Under the pieces are notes generated by a model, which saw only the letters and a list, made by a program, of their open reading frames with translations, was not told the DNA's origin and made no database searches. Below, piece after piece: positions 54,390 through 64,000 of a stretch of 64,000 nt of DNA (its first letter is position 1; every line of letters begins with the position of its first letter). The stretch spans positions 1-64,000 of the forward strand of contig JBDHDE010000005.1 of assembly GCA_039591655.1 (NCBI GenBank), in the 5' to 3' direction. Origin of the DNA: Gemmatimonadota bacterium. Lineage in GTDB: Bacteria; Gemmatimonadota; Gemmatimonadetes; Gemmatimonadales; GWC2-71-9. The position numbers were made by a program, and so were the translations under genes.

Positions 54390-54598
54390 GGTCTCCTGGT
54401 CTGGCCGCTGGGGCCTCACCCGCGAGGGGCCCGCGGTGATTCCGACGAGCAACTGTTGCTGACGGTTATTAAAGGTAAAGAGACTCCGCTGCGGTGGGAG
54501 TCGCGGAATGTTGACCTGTTGGGTCGGGGACTGTAGAATACCCCGCCGGCTCCGTCGAACGACGGGGCCGGTTGGTTTCTGGGAGACCCTCGACGCAC

Positions 54599-55630
54599 AT
54601 GGACGCACACCAGACCCAACGAGCAGGCCCGTCGCGAATCCTGGTGGGAGCGGCGCTGATCGCCCTCGTGGCCGTGATCTCCGCCTGCTCCGGGGAGTAT
54701 CCCCAATCCACGCTCCACCCGACGGCGGACTTCGGCAGCGAGATCGACCGCCTGTACCGGACCATCGTATGGTGGGCGCTGGGCGTGTTCGTGGTGGTGG
54801 AGACGGCGCTCTTCGTGGCGATCCTCAAGTTCCGCGATAGGCCGGGCGCCGGCGATCCCAAGCAGGTGCACGGCAGCACGCTGCTGGAGATCTCCTGGAC
54901 CCTGGCACCCGCGGTGGTGCTCATCTTCATCGCCGTCCCGACGATCCGCACCATCTTCCGCACCGACGGCACCCCGGCGGCGGACGCGATGGAGGTCGAG
55001 GTCATCGGGCACCAGTGGTGGTGGGAGTTCCACTACCCCGAGCTTGGCATCACCACGGCCAACGAGCTCCACATGCCGGCGGGTCGACCGGTGTCGCTGG
55101 TGATGACCTCCGAGGACGTGATCCACAGTTTCTGGGTGCCGAAGCTCGGTGGTAAGCGGGACGTGATGCCCGGCCGCACGACCCGGATCGCGTTCACCCC
55201 CGACTCGGTTGGTGCCTTCTTCGGGCAGTGCGCCGAGTTCTGCGGCGTGTCGCACGCGAACATGCGTATGCGGCTCGTGGTGGACGACTCGGCGGGTTTC
55301 GCGGCCTGGGTGGCGCAGGAGCAGACGCCGCCGCCGGGTGTCGAGGCCCTCGGCGCGGTGGAGCAGCAGGGTTATGAGGTGTTCCGCACCAAGGGCTGCA
55401 TGGCCTGCCATACCATCGATGGTGTCGCTGCCGGCGTGTTGGGACCCGATCTCACGCACGTGGGTAGCAGGACGACCATTGCCGCCGGCATTCTGCCCAA
55501 CACGGCGGAGGGGCTCGCGCGGTGGTTGCGGAACCCGGTAGCCGAGAAGCCCGGGAGCCTGATGCCCCGGATGCCGCTGACCGAGGAAGAGATCGCGGCC
55601 CTCGCCGCGTATCTCAAGAGCTTGAAATGA
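54599..55630 (+). CDS. coxB: Cytochrome c oxidase subunit II with C-terminal cytochrome c domain (caa3-type)
   Basis: CuA site H..CAEFCGVSHANM; C-terminal heme-c CMACH. Signal/lipoprotein-like N-terminus. Confidence 0.85.
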   Translation: MDAHQTQRAGPSRILVGAALIALVAVISACSGEYPQSTLHPTADFGSEIDRLYRTIVWWALGVFVVVETALFVAILKFRDRPGAGDPKQVHGSTLLEISWTLAPAVVLIFIAVPTIRTIFRTDGTPAADAMEVEVIGHQWWWEFHYPELGITTANELHMPAGRPVSLVMTSEDVIHSFWVPKLGGKRDVMPGRTTRIAFTPDSVGAFFGQCAEFCGVSHANMRMRLVVDDSAGFAAWVAQEQTPPPGVEALGAVEQQGYEVFRTKGCMACHTIDGVAAGVLGPDLTHVGSRTTIAAGILPNTAEGLARWLRNPVAEKPGSLMPRMPLTEEEIAALAAYLKSLK

Positions 55631-57393
55631 AGGTCTGGAGCTGGATCACGACCACCGACCACAAGCGGATCGGGATTCTCTACGGGGTGAGCGCCTTCGC
55701 GTTCTTCCTCCTCGGGGGTCTCGAGGCGCTCGTCATGCGCGTGCAGTTGTCGTCGCCGAACAACACGGTCGTGAGCGCCGAGACGTTCAACGAGTTGTTC
55801 ACGATGCACGGCACGACCATGGTGTTCTTGGCGATCATGCCGCTGTCGGCTGCGTTCTTCAACTTCATCGTGCCGCTGCAGATCGGCGCCCGGGACGTGG
55901 CGTTCCCCAGGCTGAACGCGTTCAGCTACTGGGTCTTCCTGGTGGGCGGCCTCTTCATGAACGTCAGCTTCCTCGTGGGCGCCGCTCCCAACGCCGGATG
56001 GTTCGGCTACGCCAACCTCACGAACACCCAATACTCCCCCGGGCTGCACGTCGACTTCTGGGTGCTGGGTCTCCAGATCCTCGGTATCGCGTCCATCGCC
56101 GCCGGCATCAACTTCATCGTTACCATAGTGAACCTGCGGGCGCCGGGCATGCGGTTCATGCGGATGCCCGTGTTCACCTGGATGACGCTCGTGACACAGT
56201 TCATCATCGTCACGGCCTTCCCGGTGATCACGGTCGCGCTGGTGTTCCTGATGTTCGACCGCTTCTTCGGCACGAATTTCTACTCGGTGGCGGCCGGCGG
56301 TGACGTGCTGCTGTGGCAGCACCTGTTCTGGTTGTTCGGCCACCCCGAGGTCTACATCCTAATCCTCCCGGCCATGGGCGTGGTCTCCGAGGTGATCCCC
56401 ACCTTCTCCCGGAAGCCGCTGTTCGGATACGCCGTGGTGGTCTACTCGGGTTTGCTCATCGGGATCCTCGGTTGGGGCGTGTGGGCGCACCACATGTTCC
56501 AGGTCGGGCTGGGTCCCATCGCCGACTCCGTGTTCTCGGCCACGACCATGCTCATCGCCATCCCCACGGGCGTGAAGATCTTCAACTGGATCGCGACGAT
56601 GTGGGGCGGGAGGCTGCAGTTCAAGACGTCGTTCCTGTTCGCCGTCGGCTTCATCGCTATGTTCATCGTCGGCGGACTCTCGGGCGTGATGCACTCCTCG
56701 CCACCGGCCGACCTACAGCAGACCGACACGTACTTCGTGGTGGCTCACTTCCACTACGTGCTGGTGGGCGGCTCCGTCATGGGGTTGTTCGCCGGCATCT
56801 ACTATTGGTGGCCCAAGATCTTCGGCGGGATGCTGAGCGAGGCCATTGGGAAGTGGCACTTCTGGCTCACCATCATCGGCGCGAACCTCGCATTCTTTCC
56901 GATGCACTTCATCGGGCTGCTAGGTATGCCCAGGCGGGTGTACACCTACGATGCCGCCCTGGGCCTGGACACGATGAACCTGGTGGCCACGGTTGGCGCA
57001 TTCACCATGGGGCTGGGCAGCCTCGTCTTTCTGGTGAACGTCGTGTGGTCCGCGCGGCGCGGGCGGCGTGCCGACGCGAACCCGTGGGGTGGAGCGACGC
57101 TCGAGTGGGCGATTCCCTCGCCGCCGCCGGCGTACAATTTCTCGGTCACGCCGAAGGTGATGAGCCGGCTGCCGCTCTGGTCGGAGAAGGGCTACGAGCC
57201 CAAGCCGCTTCCGGCTACGCCGCCCGAAGCGGTCCACCTGCCGGGTGGCTCGTTCTGGCCGCTGGTCTCGGCCATTGGAATCGTGACGATGGCAAGCGGC
57301 GCCGTGCTCCACTCCCTGTGGGTGGCGCTCGCCGGTGCCGCCGTTCTGGTGGTGAGCATCTACGCGTGGGCCTTCGAGCCCTTCGAGGTCTGA
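55627..57393 (+). CDS. coxA: Cytochrome c oxidase subunit I
   Basis: WITTTDHKRIGILY..., 12-TM heme-copper oxidase signature. ATGA overlap with coxB. Confidence 0.9.
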   Translation: MKVWSWITTTDHKRIGILYGVSAFAFFLLGGLEALVMRVQLSSPNNTVVSAETFNELFTMHGTTMVFLAIMPLSAAFFNFIVPLQIGARDVAFPRLNAFSYWVFLVGGLFMNVSFLVGAAPNAGWFGYANLTNTQYSPGLHVDFWVLGLQILGIASIAAGINFIVTIVNLRAPGMRFMRMPVFTWMTLVTQFIIVTAFPVITVALVFLMFDRFFGTNFYSVAAGGDVLLWQHLFWLFGHPEVYILILPAMGVVSEVIPTFSRKPLFGYAVVVYSGLLIGILGWGVWAHHMFQVGLGPIADSVFSATTMLIAIPTGVKIFNWIATMWGGRLQFKTSFLFAVGFIAMFIVGGLSGVMHSSPPADLQQTDTYFVVAHFHYVLVGGSVMGLFAGIYYWWPKIFGGMLSEAIGKWHFWLTIIGANLAFFPMHFIGLLGMPRRVYTYDAALGLDTMNLVATVGAFTMGLGSLVFLVNVVWSARRGRRADANPWGGATLEWAIPSPPPAYNFSVTPKVMSRLPLWSEKGYEPKPLPATPPEAVHLPGGSFWPLVSAIGIVTMASGAVLHSLWVALAGAAVLVVSIYAWAFEPFEV

Positions 57394-57394
57394 G

Positions 57395-57985
57395 ATGACG
57401 CACGCCGCGACCGCCCACGCGCATCATACGAGCACCGGGCTCGACAGCCGGAAGATCGGCTTCTGGACGTTCATCGGGTCAGAGTGTCTGCTCTTCGGCT
57501 CGCTGATCTCCACCTACCTCGTGTACAAGGGTCGAAGCGTGGTGGGGCCGATGCCCGAGGAGATCCTCAACATCCCGGTGACCTCCGTGAGCACCTTCGA
57601 CCTGCTGATGTCCAGCCTGGCGATGGTGCTGGCGCTGGCGGCCGTCACCCGGGGCGATCGGGTCTGGTCGAGGGTTTGGCTCGGAACGACGGCGCTGCTA
57701 GGGCTGGTGTTCCTCGGATTCCAGGCGTACGAGTTCACCTCGTTCGTGCATGAGGGGCTCACCCTGCAGACCAACCTCTTCGGCTCTACGTTCTTCGTGC
57801 TGACCGGCACTCACGGGGCCCACGTCGCGGTTGGGGTGATCTGGCTGCTGACACTGTTGGTGCGTTCGTTCCAGGGTAAGCTCGGACCCGAGAAGGCCAT
57901 GAACGTGGAGCTCGCAGGCCTTTACTGGCACTTCGTCGATGTTGTCTGGATCGTGATCTTCACCGTGGTGTACCTGCTTCGGTAA
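57395..57985 (+). CDS. coxC: Cytochrome c oxidase subunit III
   Basis: GFWTFIGSECLLFGSLI...GTHGAHVAVGVIWL...YWHFVDVVWIVIF. Confidence 0.85.
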   Translation: MTHAATAHAHHTSTGLDSRKIGFWTFIGSECLLFGSLISTYLVYKGRSVVGPMPEEILNIPVTSVSTFDLLMSSLAMVLALAAVTRGDRVWSRVWLGTTALLGLVFLGFQAYEFTSFVHEGLTLQTNLFGSTFFVLTGTHGAHVAVGVIWLLTLLVRSFQGKLGPEKAMNVELAGLYWHFVDVVWIVIFTVVYLLR

Positions 57986-57996
57986 CGGGTGGCAAG

Positions 57997-58314
57997 ATGA
58001 GCGAGCAGCACGGACACGAGGAACACGCACACCCTGGCGTCGGCACGTACCTCACGGTTGCCGCCGTCCTCACCATCATCACGCTCGTCGAGGTCGGCGT
58101 CTTCTACGTTCCCGCCTTCCAGGGGGTGCTGGCCCCGATTCTCCTCACCCTCTCGGCGGTGAAGTTCGTGCTGGTGGTGGGATTCTACATGCATCTGAAG
58201 ACCGACCACCGTCTCTTCGCGGCGATCTTCACGGTGCCACTGCTCATCGCCGTCGCGGTGGTCGTAGCGCTGCTCTTCCTGTTCGGGGTGGTTGCCCTTC
58301 CCGCTGCGTCCTGA
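57997..58314 (+). CDS. Cytochrome c oxidase subunit IV (caa3-type small subunit)
   Basis: 105 aa, 3 TM, YLTVAAVLTIITLVEV...VKFVLVVGFYMHLK, as in prokaryotic COX IV. Confidence 0.7.
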   Translation: MSEQHGHEEHAHPGVGTYLTVAAVLTIITLVEVGVFYVPAFQGVLAPILLTLSAVKFVLVVGFYMHLKTDHRLFAAIFTVPLLIAVAVVVALLFLFGVVALPAAS

Positions 58315-58344
58315 GCCGACGGGACGGCGGTTGCCACCGCCCGA

Positions 58345-58878
58345 TCACACAGGCCGAATGCTGTCAGAGGACTCGTCGATGGGTGCGCCCAGCGGGTGCT
58401 TGGCGAGCTGCTCCCGCAGCTTGGGGTGCTGGTGCCACAGATAGTACCCCATGCCTGCCGCCGCGATGGCGTTGCCGACGGCCACGCTCCACCACGCCAG
58501 CGCGCCGAGGAGAGGTTGGGCCAGGACTGCCACCACGATGTAGAAGCCGAACTCGAAGGCGGCGAACAGCACGACCACGATGAACAGCGTGGATGGTGCC
58601 CGCTCCACTTGGCAGGCGAGTGCGGCGGCGGTCATTCCCACGAGGACGAAGGTGAGCGCGTGCACCACCGTGTAGCCGACCACGGCCTGGAAAGAGATCT
58701 GCACCGCGCCGGGATCCCGCAGTCCCCAGAACAACGCCGAGCCGAGCATGGCCGGTGTGAAGAAGGGCTCGCGGGCGATACTGTCCACGATCAGGAACCA
58801 GGTCGCGATGGCTGCGGCACCGATCATACCGGCGACGAGCCCTTCGCGAGAGACGCGCTTGAGGTTCATGCTGCCCAT
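58345..58878 (-). CDS. Hypothetical 4-5 TM membrane protein
   Basis: Hydrophobic ORF; no recognised motif. Confidence 0.4.
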   Translation of the reverse strand: MGSMNLKRVSREGLVAGMIGAAAIATWFLIVDSIAREPFFTPAMLGSALFWGLRDPGAVQISFQAVVGYTVVHALTFVLVGMTAAALACQVERAPSTLFIVVVLFAAFEFGFYIVVAVLAQPLLGALAWWSVAVGNAIAAAGMGYYLWHQHPKLREQLAKHPLGAPIDESSDSIRPV

Positions 58879-59117
58879 CCTGCCTCGCAGTTGGAACGCC
58901 TACGTAAAGCCGACAACATTGGTCGGTCAAGGGGCCGTGCGTGTGACGCGTTCGGCACCCATGCTAACGTGCCCGTGCCGGTCTCCAGTTCCCCGTGCGC
59001 CTTGACGGGGGAGGTTGTGGCCGGCATGCTCGCTTGCGTTCAGGCGGGAGACGAGGCTTACCCCATGCAACGAGTCGGACGGGGCGCCATGGCGCGACGT
59101 GGCCGAGGGAGGGCGGC

Positions 59118-59996
59118 GTGAGCATATCACTGGTGGCGCCCCGCGGCCGCGCAGCGGATTACCTGGAGCTCACGAAGCCCAACATCGTGGCCATGATCCT
59201 GGTCACGGTGGCGGCGGGCTTCTATCTCGGTGCTGAGGGAGCGCTGGACGTCGTCCTGCTGGTGCATACGCTCGTCGGCTCTGCGCTGGTCGCCGGCGGG
59301 AGCAACGCCCTCAATCAGATCCTCGAGCGTAAGATCGACGCCCGCATGCGGCGCACCGAGAACCGGCCCCTCCCTGCCGGACGCCTCGGCGTGTCTCGGG
59401 CGACTGTCTTCGCGTGGGGCTTGGGCCTGAGCGGCGTCGCGTACCTGGCGGCCATGACCAACCCCACGGTGACGTTCCTGGCGGCGGCGACGCTGGGCTC
59501 CTACGTGTTCGTCTACACTCCGCTCAAGCGCAAGACATCGCTGTGCACGCTGGTTGGCGCGGTGCCCGGCGCCCTGCCGATCGTGGGGGGCTGGGCGGCT
59601 GCCCGCGGCACGGTGGGCCTCGAGGCGTGGGTGCTGTTCGTGCTGCTCTACCTCTGGCAGCTGCCCCACTTCCTCGCCCTCGCCTGGCTGTGCCGCGAGG
59701 ACTACGCCCGGGCGGGCCTCCGGATGCTGAGCGTTACAGCAGGGGCTGACGCGACGTTCCGCCAGGCGCTGCTCTACGCCGTGGCGATCCTGCCGGTGAG
59801 CCTCATGCCGACCGTGCTGGGGACGACGGGGCCGGTGACGTTCTTCGGTGCGATGACCTGCTCGCTGTGGCTCATCTGGGCCACCGCCTCGGCGGCCCGG
59901 GATCGCTCGCGCAACAAGGCCCGCCGACTGTTTCTGGTGACGGTGATCTACCTGCCGGCGGTGTTGCTGCTGATGATCGTCGACAAGGCCATCTGA
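59118..59996 (+). CDS. ctaB: Protoheme IX farnesyltransferase (heme O synthase)
   Basis: UbiA-family motifs NALNQILERKIDARMRRTENRPLPAGR and YLWQLPHFLALAW. GTG start at 59118 with SD GAGGGAGGG. Confidence 0.85.
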   Translation: MSISLVAPRGRAADYLELTKPNIVAMILVTVAAGFYLGAEGALDVVLLVHTLVGSALVAGGSNALNQILERKIDARMRRTENRPLPAGRLGVSRATVFAWGLGLSGVAYLAAMTNPTVTFLAAATLGSYVFVYTPLKRKTSLCTLVGAVPGALPIVGGWAAARGTVGLEAWVLFVLLYLWQLPHFLALAWLCREDYARAGLRMLSVTAGADATFRQALLYAVAILPVSLMPTVLGTTGPVTFFGAMTCSLWLIWATASAARDRSRNKARRLFLVTVIYLPAVLLLMIVDKAI

Positions 59997-60110
59997 GCGG
60001 CCGCAGCCAATCAGCGCTCACCCTCACGCGTCGCAATGAGACGGGCGCCCCGTCCGCATCAGGACCGGGGCGCCCGCTGGGTTCAGGGAGCCGGCCGGCC
60101 CCCGCGACGG

Positions 60111-61682
60111 CTACTCGCCCGCCGTGCGCAGACGAATGATCCGCGCGCCCAGGCCGACCTGGAAGACCCGGAGGGATACGATGGTTCCGGGCTCCACCTC
60201 GGCCAGCGCCGCTCCCAGCTCGTCCACGTTCCGCACCCGTTGGCCCTCGACGTGTGTGATGATGTCCAGCACGCCCTGCCGGGCGTTGGCCTCTCGCAGG
60301 GGCTTGTCCCGGGCTGGGCCGTCGGGATCGACCTGCATGATGACGGGGCCCTGGTTCTCCCGCCCGATGCGTGAATCCGAGGTCATCCGTGTGGGGAGCG
60401 TCTCCACCTCCAGGCCGAGCTTCTCCTCGAACGAGGCTGTCTCGCCCTCGTCGTCGCTGTCGGCCCTGGCGACCTGGGGCCGCGCCTCTGTGTCGGCCTC
60501 CCCCAGTTCCACGCTGACCTCCCGGCGGTCGCCGCCCTTCCGCATCACGGTCACGACGATCACGTCGCCGGGCTGCTTGAAGCCGACCATCTGCTGGAGC
60601 TGCGCGACGTAGTCGATCTGCTCGCCGTCCACGGCGACGATCACGTCTCCGGGCTGGAGGCCGGCGCGCTCAGCCGGGCTGGCGTCACCGTTGAAGTCGT
60701 TGATCCGGACGCCCCGAATCTCGTCGAGGCCCACGTACGCTGCGTCATCCACGTCGGCGTTTTGGATGGTGACCCCGAGGGCCGCGCGGGTGACCTTGCC
60801 GTGCTCCACCAGCTGATCGGCCACCATCCTGGCGAGGTTGATGGGAATGGCAAAGCTGTAGCCCGAGTAATAGCCGGTCCGGCTGGCGATGGCGGAGTTC
60901 ACACCCACGACCTGGCCGTTGACGTTGACCAGGGGGCCGCCGGAGTTCCCCGGGTTGATGGCAGCGTCCGTCTGGATGAAGTCCTGGATCGACCAACGCT
61001 GCGACGGGTCCAGGAGGCCCGGCAGGCCCCGACCTCGGCCGCTCACGATGCCCGCGGTGACCGTGAAGGAGAAGTCCCTGCCCAGCGGGTTCCCAATGGC
61101 CAGCACCCACTCGCCGACCCTCAGGGCATCGGAGTCGCCGAAGGAGGCGGTCGGCAGGTCGTTGGCGTCGATCTTGATCACCGCCACGTCGGTGTTCGGG
61201 TCCCGGCCGACGACCCGCGCCGAGAACAGGCGGTCGTCGAACAAGCGCACCTCGAAGCGGTCGAACCCCTCGACCACGTGATTGTTGGTGAGGATGTACC
61301 CGTTGGGCGCGATTATGAAGCCGCTGCCGGTCCCGCGGCGCGGCTGATCGGGCGCCTCGAAGTACCGATCGAACGGCGCCGGCACTTCGGGGTGCTCCTG
61401 GCGCTCGCCGCGAGCCTCGATGAAGACCACGGCCGGGCGCACCGCGTCGGCCACCTGGACGAAGGCGTTGCCCAGGTCCTGGACGGGCTCGGCACCCTCG
61501 ACCGGCGCCGGCCGGTCCGGGAAGACGCTGGCGGGGGCGTAGCCCGCCGGCGTCGACGTGAAACTCGATGCCTGCGCCAGCGACCGGCTCGGGAAGTCCA
61601 CTACCGAGACGAACGCCACGGCCAGCGCCAGTGCAACCGCCACCAGCGATCCAAACTTGATCCACTCTCGGGTACGTGACAT
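60111..61682 (-). CDS. degP: DegP/HtrA-family periplasmic serine endoprotease with two PDZ domains
   Basis: Signal/TM anchor; catalytic TNNHVV (His), D, GNSGGPL (Ser). PDZ regions follow. Confidence 0.85.
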   Translation of the reverse strand: MSRTREWIKFGSLVAVALALAVAFVSVVDFPSRSLAQASSFTSTPAGYAPASVFPDRPAPVEGAEPVQDLGNAFVQVADAVRPAVVFIEARGERQEHPEVPAPFDRYFEAPDQPRRGTGSGFIIAPNGYILTNNHVVEGFDRFEVRLFDDRLFSARVVGRDPNTDVAVIKIDANDLPTASFGDSDALRVGEWVLAIGNPLGRDFSFTVTAGIVSGRGRGLPGLLDPSQRWSIQDFIQTDAAINPGNSGGPLVNVNGQVVGVNSAIASRTGYYSGYSFAIPINLARMVADQLVEHGKVTRAALGVTIQNADVDDAAYVGLDEIRGVRINDFNGDASPAERAGLQPGDVIVAVDGEQIDYVAQLQQMVGFKQPGDVIVVTVMRKGGDRREVSVELGEADTEARPQVARADSDDEGETASFEEKLGLEVETLPTRMTSDSRIGRENQGPVIMQVDPDGPARDKPLREANARQGVLDIITHVEGQRVRNVDELGAALAEVEPGTIVSLRVFQVGLGARIIRLRTAGE

Positions 61683-61782
61683 CGCTATGACTCACCTACT
61701 TGTGAAACGTGAGCTTGTGGTTGCGTTCCGATTGTCGACCGGCGCAACTGGTTGGGTCGTTCCGGCCGCCGTCCTAAATGTA

Positions 61783-61822
61783 ACCCGGACCGGAGCGGGG
61801 GTTTCCCGCCGCCCCGGTCCGC
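61783..61822 (-). terminator. GC-rich hairpin downstream of dnaK (putative intrinsic terminator)
   Basis: CGGACCGG...CCGGTCCG stem about 20 nt after the dnaK stop. T-tract weak. Confidence 0.25.
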
Positions 61823-61841
61823 GTGTGGCCCCCGGCGACGC

Positions 61842-63758
<1,917 letters not shown>

Positions 63759-64000
63759 GGGGATGCTCCTCAGATGCGGGTATAGATGCGTACTTCAGCC
63801 AGAAGGTCGCTGGTGCAAGGCGCATACCGCCCAAATGCGCCAAACTGGCAGATCACGGTGGCGCGGGTCTCTACTGTCTATTTCCGCATCATGCAACAAC
63901 TTACGCTGTACGGACCGGCCGGCCGCCGAGCGTCGTGCGTGGGGCCCCCTCTCCGCCGGTGGCGATGACCCAGGGGCCACGTTAGATACATACTTCCGCG

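Noticed and set aside
63759-63980. CIRCE/HAIR heat-shock operator upstream of dnaK
   Set aside because: No TTAGCACTC-N9-GAGTGCTAA or HAIR-like inverted repeat found in the upstream 200 bp, so regulation is left unassigned.

Overview
High-GC bacterial chromosomal segment; the density of Ser/Thr kinase-TPR proteins suggests a Gemmatimonadota/Acidobacteriota-like soil lineage, but that is inference only. No rRNA, tRNA or CRISPR was recognised. Three things dominate the window. (1) Four large Ser/Thr protein kinases with TM + TolB-N-like + TPR C-terminal regions (1-2211 partial, 7185-9464, 41176-44079, 45516-47966) plus a PP2C phosphatase. (2) A respiratory/housekeeping block: a caa3-type cytochrome c oxidase operon with ctaB, degP, dnaK, fabH, a Kef antiporter, MscS, an OPT transporter, UPF0182, an Omp85-like OMP, and a cytoplasm-oriented molybdopterin oxidoreductase/FeS/NrfD operon. 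(3) An accessory region at roughly 2.3-18.5 kb, which is the most interesting part. Here short single-gene units all lie on the + strand (ABM monooxygenase-like, SAM methyltransferase, two VOC/glyoxalase proteins, GNAT, alpha/beta hydrolase). Each is followed by an imperfect palindrome whose ends match integron attC cores (GCCTAAC ... GTTAGGC/GTTGGGC). In two cases the ORF stop codon (TAA) sits inside the GCCTAAC core. A related motif (CCCGCAGCTSATGCGCG) recurs in several sites. No integron integrase is present in the window, so this looks like a CALIN-type (integrase-less) attC/cassette array. The array is interleaved with a previously uncharacterised ~570-bp repeat family: two full diverged copies plus three 5' fragments, built from conserved sequence blocks and ending in an attC-like module. 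Embedded in the array are a GntR-SPFH module with its own promoter/operator, and a two-component system bracketed by an exact 14-bp palindromic box that also lies upstream of a neighbouring lipoprotein gene. Other notable points are a secreted protein made of four tandem ~125-aa repeats, a family of tiny glycine-zipper membrane proteins, and a frameshifted secreted-protein gene. Coordinates for features not in the ORF track were derived by hand and may be off by a few bases.
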